64,000 bases of DNA, taken from positions 21,366-85,365 of the forward strand of contig CAVVCH010000054.1 of NCBI GenBank assembly GCA_963746605.1. Reading direction: 5' to 3'. The stretch's first letter is position 1. The number at the start of each line of letters is the position of its first letter. The DNA is from an uncultured delta proteobacterium. Lineage in GTDB: Bacteria > Desulfobacterota > RBG-13-43-22. Under the pieces are notes generated by a model, which saw only the letters and a program-made list of their open reading frames with translations, did not search any database and was not told where the DNA came from. Shown here piece after piece: positions 19,542-27,395 of this stretch. Made by a program: the position numbers and the translations under genes.

Positions 19542-19831
19542 AAAAGATAGTTTTGGATGCCGAGGAAAAGGATATCCTTGAATCATATGAGCGTGGAGAA
19601 TGGGTGCCGGTCAAGAATCCGAAGAAGGAAATAGCGAAGCTTCGGAGGTACGCAAGGAATACGCTGCAAAAAGACAAGAGAATCAACATTCGAATGTCGT
19701 CGAAGGACTTAGACCAGGTGCAGGTCATCGCCGCACAAGAAGGCATCCCTTATCAGACTCTGGTATCCAGTATCATTCATAAGTATGTTTCCGGATATCT
19801 TATCGAGAAAGAAAGAAGGCTTAACGATTAG
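19538..19831 (+). CDS. brnA: BrnA-family antitoxin
   Basis: 97 aa; KRINIRMSSKDLDQVQVIAAQEGIPYQTLVSSIIHKYV is the BrnA C-terminal motif; 4-bp ATGA overlap with brnT. Confidence 0.7.
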   Translation: MKKIVLDAEEKDILESYERGEWVPVKNPKKEIAKLRRYARNTLQKDKRINIRMSSKDLDQVQVIAAQEGIPYQTLVSSIIHKYVSGYLIEKERRLND

Positions 19832-19895
19832 CTGCACCGGACGAGGCAAAACTAGCACGCCGGTGAGCACCATGTTAGCCTCAGGAGGATAGAGG

Positions 19896-20354
19896 ATGGA
19901 AGAGAAGAATAAAATAACCGAGGCGCTTCGTTTGATATTCGAAGGAATAGACCGCCTGAAGAGGGCATTCCCGAAGAAGGAGTTCACGATTGATGGACGT
20001 CTCGTCGGGGACATAGGCGAGATTATCGCTGCACTTGAATATGATGTTGAACTCTTTGATGTCCTGTGCGAAGGGTATCACGGCAAGACGTCGGATGGTC
20101 GTCTGGTACAAGTTAGGGCGACATTTAAAGACTCTCTTACGTTCCCCTCTGTCCCTGACTATTATTTAGGTCTTAAGCTACACCGAGACGGGACCCACGA
20201 AGAAATCTACAACGGTCCCGGAAAACTGATTTACGAGAAATACAAGCATAGAAGTGGCATAGGAAAGAAATTGCTATCGTTCCCTAATATTGATCTACGA
20301 GAGCTATCTGCCAGGGTACTAAGAAATGATCGTATTCCAAAGCGCAAGGGCTAA
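19896..20354 (+). CDS. Hypothetical protein (152 aa) in the cargo segment
   Basis: Uninterrupted ORF with no family recognised by eye; appears AT-richer than flanking chromosome. Confidence 0.5.
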   Translation: MEEKNKITEALRLIFEGIDRLKRAFPKKEFTIDGRLVGDIGEIIAALEYDVELFDVLCEGYHGKTSDGRLVQVRATFKDSLTFPSVPDYYLGLKLHRDGTHEEIYNGPGKLIYEKYKHRSGIGKKLLSFPNIDLRELSARVLRNDRIPKRKG

Positions 20355-20367
20355 CAAGTGCGTCCAC

Positions 20368-20449
20368 CCGATCGCCGAAAAAACCGGCTCCGGGTGATGT
20401 CATCGTTGATCGTCAAGGTGGAACCGGTCGCGGTGGACGCCTCCTTCGT
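20368..20449. repeat. Cassette-associated repeat, copy A (part 1 and part 2)
   Basis: Part 1 CGATCGCCGAAAAAACCGGCTCCGGGTGATG recurs at 23429-23459; part 2 GTTGATCGTCAAGGTGGAACCGGTCGCGGTGGACGCCTCCTTCGTA recurs at 25938-25982. Confidence 0.5.
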
Positions 20450-20594
20450 AAATGGGTAGATGAGGAGTCATGACGTTCTTTGGATGCTTGTGCAGGTCAG
20501 AGACCGGATCAGCTCCAGCGAAACCTTTCCCTGCTGTCCTTTCCGGTGCCCCTCATGGGATTAGTCAGGGACAAATACCGGGCGAGGTTGTTGC

Positions 20595-20810
20595 ATGAAT
20601 TCTACCGTATCTACTTTTCCAGAACGCGTGGCCTGGATCCTGTTGGGATTGGGCCTCCTCTTCGCCCTCCTTTTCCACCTGGTGCCAGGACTACTGGCGG
20701 GCCTTCTGGTTTACAGTCTCATACATCGCCTGGACCTGCAACTTCACCGCAGGCGCTGGACCAGCAAGAAAAATGCGCGCCTGGCGGCCCTGGGGTCATC
20801 TTATTGTTGA
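20595..20810 (+). pseudogene. Possible N-terminal fragment of a membrane protein (AI-2E/PerM-like) cut at the edge of the duplicated Y1 segment
   Basis: VAWILLGLGLLFALLFHLVPGLLAGLLVYSLIHRLDLQLHRRRW resembles AI-2E transporter N-termini; ORF ends where the duplicated sequence begins (20806). Confidence 0.25.
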
Positions 20811-20842
20811 CATCTTCTGTTCCAATTTGATACAGGGATTCC

Positions 20843-21823
20843 ATGAGCCGACCTTTGCGCATCCGATATCCCGGGGCGGTATATCACGTCACCTGTCGGG
20901 GCAATGACCGTCAGGACATCTTCCGGGACAATACGGACCGGACGGAGTTCCTGGAAATCCTGGCGGGGTCCCAAACCATCTATAACGTGAAGATGTATGC
21001 CGGGGTTTTGATGGGGAACCATTTTCATTTGCTGCTGGAGACCCCTCTGGGCAATCTGAACGAATTCATGCGGCGGTTTAACATCACTTATACCGGCTAT
21101 TTCAACCGCCGGCACCGGCGGGTGGGCCACTTGTACCAAGGCCGATATAAAAGCATTCTGGTAGAAAAAGAGAGCTATCTGTCCGAGCTGTCCCGTTATA
21201 TCCACTTGAACCCGGTCCGGACCCGAGAGCTGGAATCGGAGGACGCCAAAGTCCGGTGGCACTATCTGCTGGACTATCCCTGGAGCACCCTACCGGGATA
21301 TTTGAATGTCAAAGACCGATGGCCGGGAGTGGATTACGGGTTGGTTTTAGGTGAATTCGGCGGGGACAACCCGAAGGGACGGCGTGGTTATGGAAAACGG
21401 ATCCGAGAGGACCTCGTCGGGGGCATCGAACTGAAAGGAAAAATAGTCGGCGGGTGTGTTCTGGGCCGGGCGGGTTATATCCAATGGGTCCGGGAAAAAC
21501 ACATTAAGGAACTGCCGGTCGGGGATTACACCGGATATAAAGCCTTGAAACGCTATCGATCCAAGGAGCAGGTCCTGGATTTGCTGGCAGTAGAAACCGG
21601 CCTGAGTTTGGAAGAGGTTAAATCTTCCAAGGGGGACCGGCGCCGGTTGGCCATGGAATTGCTGTACCGGGTGGGCGGATTGACCGGAGACGAGATCGGA
21701 AGCCTTTTCGGGATAGGCGCCAGCGCAGTCAGTCAGGAAAGGAAAAGGCTGGTGTCCCGAATGGCGGAAGATGAGGCCGTGAAAAAGCTGTTTGAGGAAC
21801 TGTTTTCGAAATGTTCGGTATAG
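20843..21823 (+). CDS. Y1 HuH transposase-like protein with C-terminal DnaA-like HTH domain, full-length paralog
   Basis: 326 aa; HuH motif HFHLLL, tyrosine region YQGRYKS, C-terminal ...GLTGDEIGSLFGIGASAVSQERKRL. Confidence 0.75.
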   Translation: MSRPLRIRYPGAVYHVTCRGNDRQDIFRDNTDRTEFLEILAGSQTIYNVKMYAGVLMGNHFHLLLETPLGNLNEFMRRFNITYTGYFNRRHRRVGHLYQGRYKSILVEKESYLSELSRYIHLNPVRTRELESEDAKVRWHYLLDYPWSTLPGYLNVKDRWPGVDYGLVLGEFGGDNPKGRRGYGKRIREDLVGGIELKGKIVGGCVLGRAGYIQWVREKHIKELPVGDYTGYKALKRYRSKEQVLDLLAVETGLSLEEVKSSKGDRRRLAMELLYRVGGLTGDEIGSLFGIGASAVSQERKRLVSRMAEDEAVKKLFEELFSKCSV

Positions 21824-21998
21824 ATCCCGGGCCAAGTCGTGAGGCCTGGCCCTGGCATGATTTGAAGGGTTATGGAAAAGAAGGAATATAATAAATAAAG
21901 AATTGACCCCTTTTCTCCTTTTTACGCTTTTCTGACCGAAATTTGGGTGAAAAGGATTTTGGCAGAGGAACCATAAACAGTTATTCTTACAAAGGAGG

Positions 21999-22880
21999 AT
22001 GTCAGTGAACGTTAAAGATTTGTATCAAAACAAAAAACCGGCTGTTTCCATGGAATTTTCTCCCCCCAGAGACCAAAAAGCGGCTGAATCCTTTTCGGAC
22101 ACTGTGGATAGCCTATCACGGCTGAAGCCGGATTACCTGTCCGTTACATTCGGCGCCGGTGGTTCCACCCGTGAAGGGTCCTACCAGACGGTCAAGCAGT
22201 TGATAGCCGACAAACACTTGCCTACGGTGGCTTACATAGCGGGATACGGTCTGGGGCCTGATCAGATTGTCAGCGTTCTGGACGATTATAAAGCGCTGGG
22301 CGTCCAAACCATTTATGTAATCAGAGGCGATCAACCCAAAGAAAAGGATTTTACCGCCCATCCGGATAGTTTTGCCCATGCTTCGGATATAATCGCTTTT
22401 ATAAAAAAGCGCTATGATTTTATACTTGGATGTGCCGGATACCCCGAAGGGCATGTCGAAGCTGAAAGTCTGGAAAAAGACATCGAATATCTGAAGCAAA
22501 AAGTGGACAACGGCGTGAACTATGTTGTGACTCAGTATTTCTACGACAACGACTATTTTTTGCGCTTCGTTGACAAGTGCCACACGATTGGCATCAATGT
22601 GCCGATTATTCCGGGCATTATGCCGGTGTATACAGTAAAAATGACCCAAATGTTGTCCAAGATATGTGGCTCCAAAATTGTACCTCAATTGCAGCGTCGT
22701 TTGGATGGCGTGGATCAGGCCGACAGTCAGGCGGTACTCCAGGTAGGCATCGATTTTGCCACCGAGCAATGCCAAGGTTTGCTCAAAGAGGACGTGGCCG
22801 GACTTCATTTTTACACGATGAACCGAAGCTATTCGACCACAGAAATCATCAATCGATTGAAACAAGACCATCTGTTGTAG
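21999..22880 (+). CDS. metF: 5,10-methylenetetrahydrofolate reductase
   Basis: 293 aa with MetF-like layout (SVTFGAGGSTR, YVVTQYFYD); appears AT-richer than neighbouring genes; GTG at 22005 is an alternative start. Confidence 0.85.
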   Translation: MSVNVKDLYQNKKPAVSMEFSPPRDQKAAESFSDTVDSLSRLKPDYLSVTFGAGGSTREGSYQTVKQLIADKHLPTVAYIAGYGLGPDQIVSVLDDYKALGVQTIYVIRGDQPKEKDFTAHPDSFAHASDIIAFIKKRYDFILGCAGYPEGHVEAESLEKDIEYLKQKVDNGVNYVVTQYFYDNDYFLRFVDKCHTIGINVPIIPGIMPVYTVKMTQMLSKICGSKIVPQLQRRLDGVDQADSQAVLQVGIDFATEQCQGLLKEDVAGLHFYTMNRSYSTTEIINRLKQDHLL

Positions 22881-23015
22881 ACAAATATATCAGTCTAAGC
22901 AAAGGAGGACGGAGCCGAGCGTTTCCGGTTCTGGTCAAGAGCACAAAAAGGGGCAATCTGAACGGCGCGAGAGGGAAAAGTTGACTGCCTTATTTTTTGT
23001 GGATACAATAATTCA

Positions 23016-23342
23016 ATGAGAATCGGCTTTGATCCCGCCAAGGGAAAACGATTACCATTGACTGACGAAGACGGCGAGGTCCCCGAACTCACCGCCGATG
23101 ACTTCAAGCACTTCAAACCCGCTTCCGAGGTGCTGCCCCCAGGGCTGTTGGCGGTGCTCCCCAGGCGCGGCCGGCCTACGGTGAAATCTCCAAAGAAGGC
23201 GGTGAACATTCGTCCGGCACCTGACATACTCTCTGCTTTCAAGTCCACGGGTAAAGGCTATACGCATCGGCTATACTCACTCCACTTTGGGTTCAGGTTA
23301 TACGCTAGAGTCGGAACTTATGAAGGGCCTGAAGGGTGTTAG
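23016..23342 (+). CDS. BrnA-like (DUF4415-type) small protein, C-terminus possibly frameshifted
   Basis: ...PELTADDFKHFKPASEVLPP...KKAVNIRPAPDILSAFKSTGKGY fits the BrnA/DUF4415 pattern; no adjacent BrnT. Confidence 0.4.
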   Translation: MRIGFDPAKGKRLPLTDEDGEVPELTADDFKHFKPASEVLPPGLLAVLPRRGRPTVKSPKKAVNIRPAPDILSAFKSTGKGYTHRLYSLHFGFRLYARVGTYEGPEGC

Positions 23343-23428
23343 CGTAGGATGTCACGAGATTTGCAATAGTTGCCAAGATCTGCCTCGTTAGACTTGGAAA
23401 GAAATCCATAGGCCGATGCCATGCAGCG

Positions 23429-23459
23429 GATCGCCAATAAAGCCGGCTCCCGCTGATGG
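23429..23459. repeat. Cassette-associated repeat, copy B (part 1 only)
   Basis: GATCGCCAATAAAGCCGGCTCCCGCTGATGG, about 80% identical to 20368-20398. Confidence 0.45.
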
Positions 23460-23537
23460 CCGTGATTCACCAGGGAGGTCACTTTGAGATACGCGGTCTA
23501 TGGTCCCCAGCTTGTCCGGGCTTTAGGAGGGACCAAG

Positions 23538-25682
23538 ATGGCCAAGGAAACAGTGACCAGCATCTGCGGCATATGCCCCGGCGGATGCGGCGTGAATGTG
23601 GTACTGGTCGACGGGAAGGTTGAGAAGATTTCGCCCATCAAGGGCCATCCTATCGGTGTCGTCTGTATCCGAGGGCTTCATTCAAAGGAAATCATCTATT
23701 CCAGAGACCGGTTGAAGTACCCTTTGCTCCGGGTGGGGGAAAAGGGTGAAGGACACTTCGAACGGATCACCTGGGATGAGGCCATGGACCGCATTGTCCA
23801 TGGGTTTCAGAAAACCAAGGATGAATACGGCGCACAAGCCGTCATGGCCTACTTTGGCCGCGGCAGTTTCGAATCAAACGTTGTGGATGTCTTCGGAGCC
23901 CCGGATCCCACCAGTAAAGGCGTCACCGGTTTTTTGTACCCTTTCGGCTCACCCAACGGCACGGGCGTTTCTTCGGTTTGTTCTGTGTCGTATAACCTCC
24001 TCGCCGCAATACCGACCCTCGGAACTTCCATGCATGCCCTGTACCCGGATTTTGAGAATACGGATATGGTTATCATCTGGGGAACAAATCCGCCCACGGA
24101 TTCGCCTCCGAACAAGGTGAAGAAGATCCTGGCGGCGAAAAAGCGGGGCGCCAGGGTGGTCGTGATCGATCAAATGCGATCCGACATGGCAAAACTTGCG
24201 AACCAATGGATCGGCATCCGCTCCGGCACGGATGGGGCATTGGCTTTGAGCCTCATGCATGTCATTGTGAACGAAGGACTCTTTGACGAGGCGTTTGTGC
24301 GGGACTGGACTACGGGTTTTGAGGACCTTCGAGACTACGTACAACAATTCCCCCCGAAAAAGGCTGAAAAGATTACCCGCGTACCCAGGGAGACCATCTT
24401 CGAGCTGGCTCGATCCATCGCCGGCGCCAAAGGCGCCTCGCTGCACATGTACACGGGACTGGAGTACAGCAACAGCGGCGTTCAGAGCATCCGAGCCGCG
24501 TTGTGCCTTTGGGCCATAACAGGCAACATGGATGTGCCGGGTGGGCTGATGTTCAGACCCCCTAGTCCGGTAAAGTTCCCGCGTATCAAACTGGACCCGC
24601 CCCAAGGGGTGAAACCCATCGGCGCAGACAAGTATCCCTATTTTTGCGACCTGCTCAAATCGGCGCAGTTTTTAGAAGCTCCCCGGGCGATTTTGCGGGG
24701 TGATCCCTATCCAGTCAAGACCCTATTGATTTTCGGGGCCTCGCTCTTGACCAGCTTGCCTGATCCCGAGATGTGGAAGAAATGCTTCAAACAGCTAGAT
24801 TTCATGGTGGTCTACGATAGATTTATGACGGCTGACGCCGCGTACGCGGACATCGTACTCCCGGCCACCACGAATTACGAGAATCTGGGGTATCAGAGAT
24901 ACCCCGGAGGATACTGTCAGTTGCGGCAGAGGGTGATCGATCCGCTGGGAGAGGCGAAATCCGGCTACACGTTCTTGGCGGCACTGGCCAAGGGGCTGGG
25001 TTATGGGGATCTCTTCCCGACAACGGATGAAGATCGCCTCAAATTTGCCTTCGAGACCGGCCCCGTATCCTTGGAAGAATTGAAGGCGCATCCGGAAGGC
25101 GTCAAATTTGATGCCGGCAGACAGGAATACCGGAAATACGCCAAGGGTCTTCTGCGCAAAGGGGGTGAACCGGGATTTGATACGCCTTCGGGGAAGGTAG
25201 AGCTCGCATCGAGCCTGTTGGAGAAGTACGGCTATGATGGCCTGCCTGTATACCTGGAGCCCACTGAAGGTCCCCTGGGCAGCCCAGAACTTTATAGGAA
25301 ATACCCCTTGGTGTTCAACAGCGGGGCTAGGCTTCAGTCGGCGTTTCGATCACAGCATTTGAACATCCCGGGGCTGTTGAAGCTACAACCAAAACCGCAA
25401 GTTCTTATTCACCCCCTGGATGCGAAGGCGAGGGAAATTGAAAACGGGGACCAGGTCTGGGTGGAGTCCCCCAGGGGTCGAGTGAGCTTTTGGGCCAAGG
25501 TGACGGACGACGTGATGACGGGCCAAGTGGAGGTGAATGTGGGCGGAGGGAGCCCCATCCATGCGGAGGGGTGGCGGGAAGCGAACGCAAACTACCTGAC
25601 CGACTATGAAAATCGCGATCCGATTTCGGGTTTCCCGGTATATAAGGCGTTGCTATGCGAGGTGAAAAAACGGGAGGACTGA
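23538..25682 (+). CDS. Molybdopterin-dependent oxidoreductase (DMSO reductase / formate dehydrogenase superfamily)
   Basis: N-terminal Cys cluster SICGICPGGCGV, MopB-like length (about 715 aa), strong RBS AGGAGG before ATG 23538. Confidence 0.85.
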   Translation: MAKETVTSICGICPGGCGVNVVLVDGKVEKISPIKGHPIGVVCIRGLHSKEIIYSRDRLKYPLLRVGEKGEGHFERITWDEAMDRIVHGFQKTKDEYGAQAVMAYFGRGSFESNVVDVFGAPDPTSKGVTGFLYPFGSPNGTGVSSVCSVSYNLLAAIPTLGTSMHALYPDFENTDMVIIWGTNPPTDSPPNKVKKILAAKKRGARVVVIDQMRSDMAKLANQWIGIRSGTDGALALSLMHVIVNEGLFDEAFVRDWTTGFEDLRDYVQQFPPKKAEKITRVPRETIFELARSIAGAKGASLHMYTGLEYSNSGVQSIRAALCLWAITGNMDVPGGLMFRPPSPVKFPRIKLDPPQGVKPIGADKYPYFCDLLKSAQFLEAPRAILRGDPYPVKTLLIFGASLLTSLPDPEMWKKCFKQLDFMVVYDRFMTADAAYADIVLPATTNYENLGYQRYPGGYCQLRQRVIDPLGEAKSGYTFLAALAKGLGYGDLFPTTDEDRLKFAFETGPVSLEELKAHPEGVKFDAGRQEYRKYAKGLLRKGGEPGFDTPSGKVELASSLLEKYGYDGLPVYLEPTEGPLGSPELYRKYPLVFNSGARLQSAFRSQHLNIPGLLKLQPKPQVLIHPLDAKAREIENGDQVWVESPRGRVSFWAKVTDDVMTGQVEVNVGGGSPIHAEGWREANANYLTDYENRDPISGFPVYKALLCEVKKRED

Positions 25683-25690
25683 GGTACATT

Positions 25691-25895
25691 ATGAAGAACT
25701 CAAAGGCGCTTGGGAACAACGTCTCGGTTGAGGTTACGCATATCTCCAAAACAGGAGTCTGGCTGCTTGCCCGAGAAAGAACCGTATGTCGACCATTTCT
25801 ATTGGCCTGATCTTGACGTAGACCTGACTTCCGAGATCATTGACTATCCCGAAAGATTTCCCTTGAAAGTAAAAGAGTGCTCAATAAGACGATGA
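25691..25895 (+). pseudogene. DUF2442-like small protein, frameshifted
   Basis: Frame 1 MKNSKALGNNVSVEVTHISKTGVWLLAR, frame 2 ...PYVDHFYWPDLDVDLTSEIIDYPERF; the motif W-P-x-LD resembles DUF2442. Confidence 0.3.
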
Positions 25896-25937
25896 ACCCG
25901 ATCATGTCCCTGGCGGGCCACTCCGGGTTAGCTCGGT

Positions 25938-25982
25938 GTTGATCGTCAAGGTGGAACCGGTCGCGTGGACGCATCCTTCGTA
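25938..25982. repeat. Cassette-associated repeat, copy C (part 2 only)
   Basis: GTTGATCGTCAAGGTGGAACCGGTCGCGTGGACGCATCCTTCGTA, near-identical to 20404-20449. Confidence 0.5.
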
Positions 25983-26050
25983 CTTAAGTCTCCTGCCCCG
26001 CAGGGCACCCGCGAATCATGAAAATAAAGGGGAAGACATAAGCCTAACTG

Positions 26051-26100
26051 CTTGACATTAATAATTAATAATCAATTGTTAATTATTATTAACTATTAAT
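26051..26100. repeat. AT-rich imperfect palindrome in a convergent intergenic region
   Basis: TTGACATTAATAATTAATAATCAATTGTTAATTATTATTAACTATTAATAA centred on CAATTG. Confidence 0.4.
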
Positions 26101-26151
26101 AAAAGCCTTGCGGTGCCGAGTTCTATTTACATACTAAGGGGTACCAGGGGA

Positions 26152-27243
26152 TCATAAACGGCCGCCATGGCCGGAATGGCCGGTTGGCCGGGAATCCGGG
26201 TTTTGAGATACCCGCTTCTTGTTTTTCCAGATTTCCTCCAGATGAAAGACCTGGACGCGGTGATTCCGCTGGTCGGTGACCAGGATGCTCTTATAAAGAG
26301 GACTGTAATGGATGCCGCCCGGAGAGTTGAACTGACCCGGACGAATCCCTATACCCCCGCCGAAAGAATGCACCGGCCGGCCATCGGGCGTGAAGACCTC
26401 GATCTTGCCCCCGGTTTCATCCACCGCGTACAAATACCCCAGGTCGTCAAACGTCAACCCTTTCACTTCGTTGGCGAACATCCCCGGCCCGAAGCCCTGT
26501 TTCCCCAAAGTCCCGAGGTGCTCTCCCTCGGCGCTGAAGCGGTGGATGCGGGAATGCTTTTCATCCGCCACGAAGATTTCCTCCCCGGGCGGGGGCCCGA
26601 CGGCCACCGATTCGATCCTTTCCATCCGTCCTCCCTCGGGGTTTAACGTCCCAAACTTCCGGACAAAGGTGAAGTTTTTGTCAAAAACCTGAACATCGTC
26701 CCGAGTCCCGTCACCCACATAGAGGTTTCCCCGGGAGTCCAGGGCCAATCCCATGGGCTCCAGAAACTCGCCGTCGCCGGTTCCCTTCCGCCCAAAAGCG
26801 GATAGAAATTTTCCTTCCAGATCAAAAACCTGGATGCGGAAATTGCCCTGGTCGGAGACGATGATCCGCTGCTGCCCGTCCACCACGATGCCCGTGCACT
26901 GATTGAACTGGCCGGGGCCCGCACCCGGTTCTCCGAAAGAGGTCATGAACCGACCGCCCCCGGTGAAGAAGCTGACCCGGTTGTTTCCCTTGTCGGTAAC
27001 CAGTATCCTTCCCCGGGGATCCACCCAGACACCGTCGGTAGTCTCAAAGGCGCCGGGACCGTTTCCAGCCTTTCCAAAGACCAGTGCGGTAGTGACGTCC
27101 AACGCCTTCGGCCGCGCCGGTTCTTTCTGCGTCACTTTCGCTGTCTTCGCCGCGTCTTTTTTCTGTATAGCCGCCGCCGGATCGATGGTGAGGCCGATCG
27201 CGACCAGGATCAACCAGATCGTCGTTCCCCATTTGATTCTCAT
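26152..27243 (-). CDS. NHL-repeat beta-propeller protein, secreted
   Basis: Repeated ...GNLYVGD/...RVQVF blades; signal peptide after MRIKWGTTIWLILVAIGL; the ORF track's N-terminal extension is translation of a family A repeat, so the start is set at 27243. Confidence 0.8.
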   Translation of the reverse strand: MRIKWGTTIWLILVAIGLTIDPAAAIQKKDAAKTAKVTQKEPARPKALDVTTALVFGKAGNGPGAFETTDGVWVDPRGRILVTDKGNNRVSFFTGGGRFMTSFGEPGAGPGQFNQCTGIVVDGQQRIIVSDQGNFRIQVFDLEGKFLSAFGRKGTGDGEFLEPMGLALDSRGNLYVGDGTRDDVQVFDKNFTFVRKFGTLNPEGGRMERIESVAVGPPPGEEIFVADEKHSRIHRFSAEGEHLGTLGKQGFGPGMFANEVKGLTFDDLGYLYAVDETGGKIEVFTPDGRPVHSFGGGIGIRPGQFNSPGGIHYSPLYKSILVTDQRNHRVQVFHLEEIWKNKKRVSQNPDSRPTGHSGHGGRL

Positions 27244-27261
27244 GTTTGGTGCTCCTTCCTT

Positions 27262-27325
27262 CGCAGAGTTTACCCTGAGCCGAAAACCGAGATCCTTCGC
27301 TTCGCTCAGGATGACAGCAGGCGAA
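27262..27325. repeat. Family A repeat unit
   Basis: CAGAGTTTACCCTGAGCCGAAAACCGAGATCCTTCGCTTCGCTCAGGATGACAG. Confidence 0.6.
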
Positions 27326-27395
27326 GGGCTCAGAATCACGGTTCGGGACTTTTTGCGAACATAATCCAAAATGGCGCTCGTGACCGGGAAAAAAG

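Noticed and set aside
20368-20449. Canonical integron attC site
   Set aside because: The inverted-repeat architecture is suggestive, but the RYYYAAC / GTTRRRY cores are not both present and no intI gene is in the window; retained only as a hypothesis in the findings.
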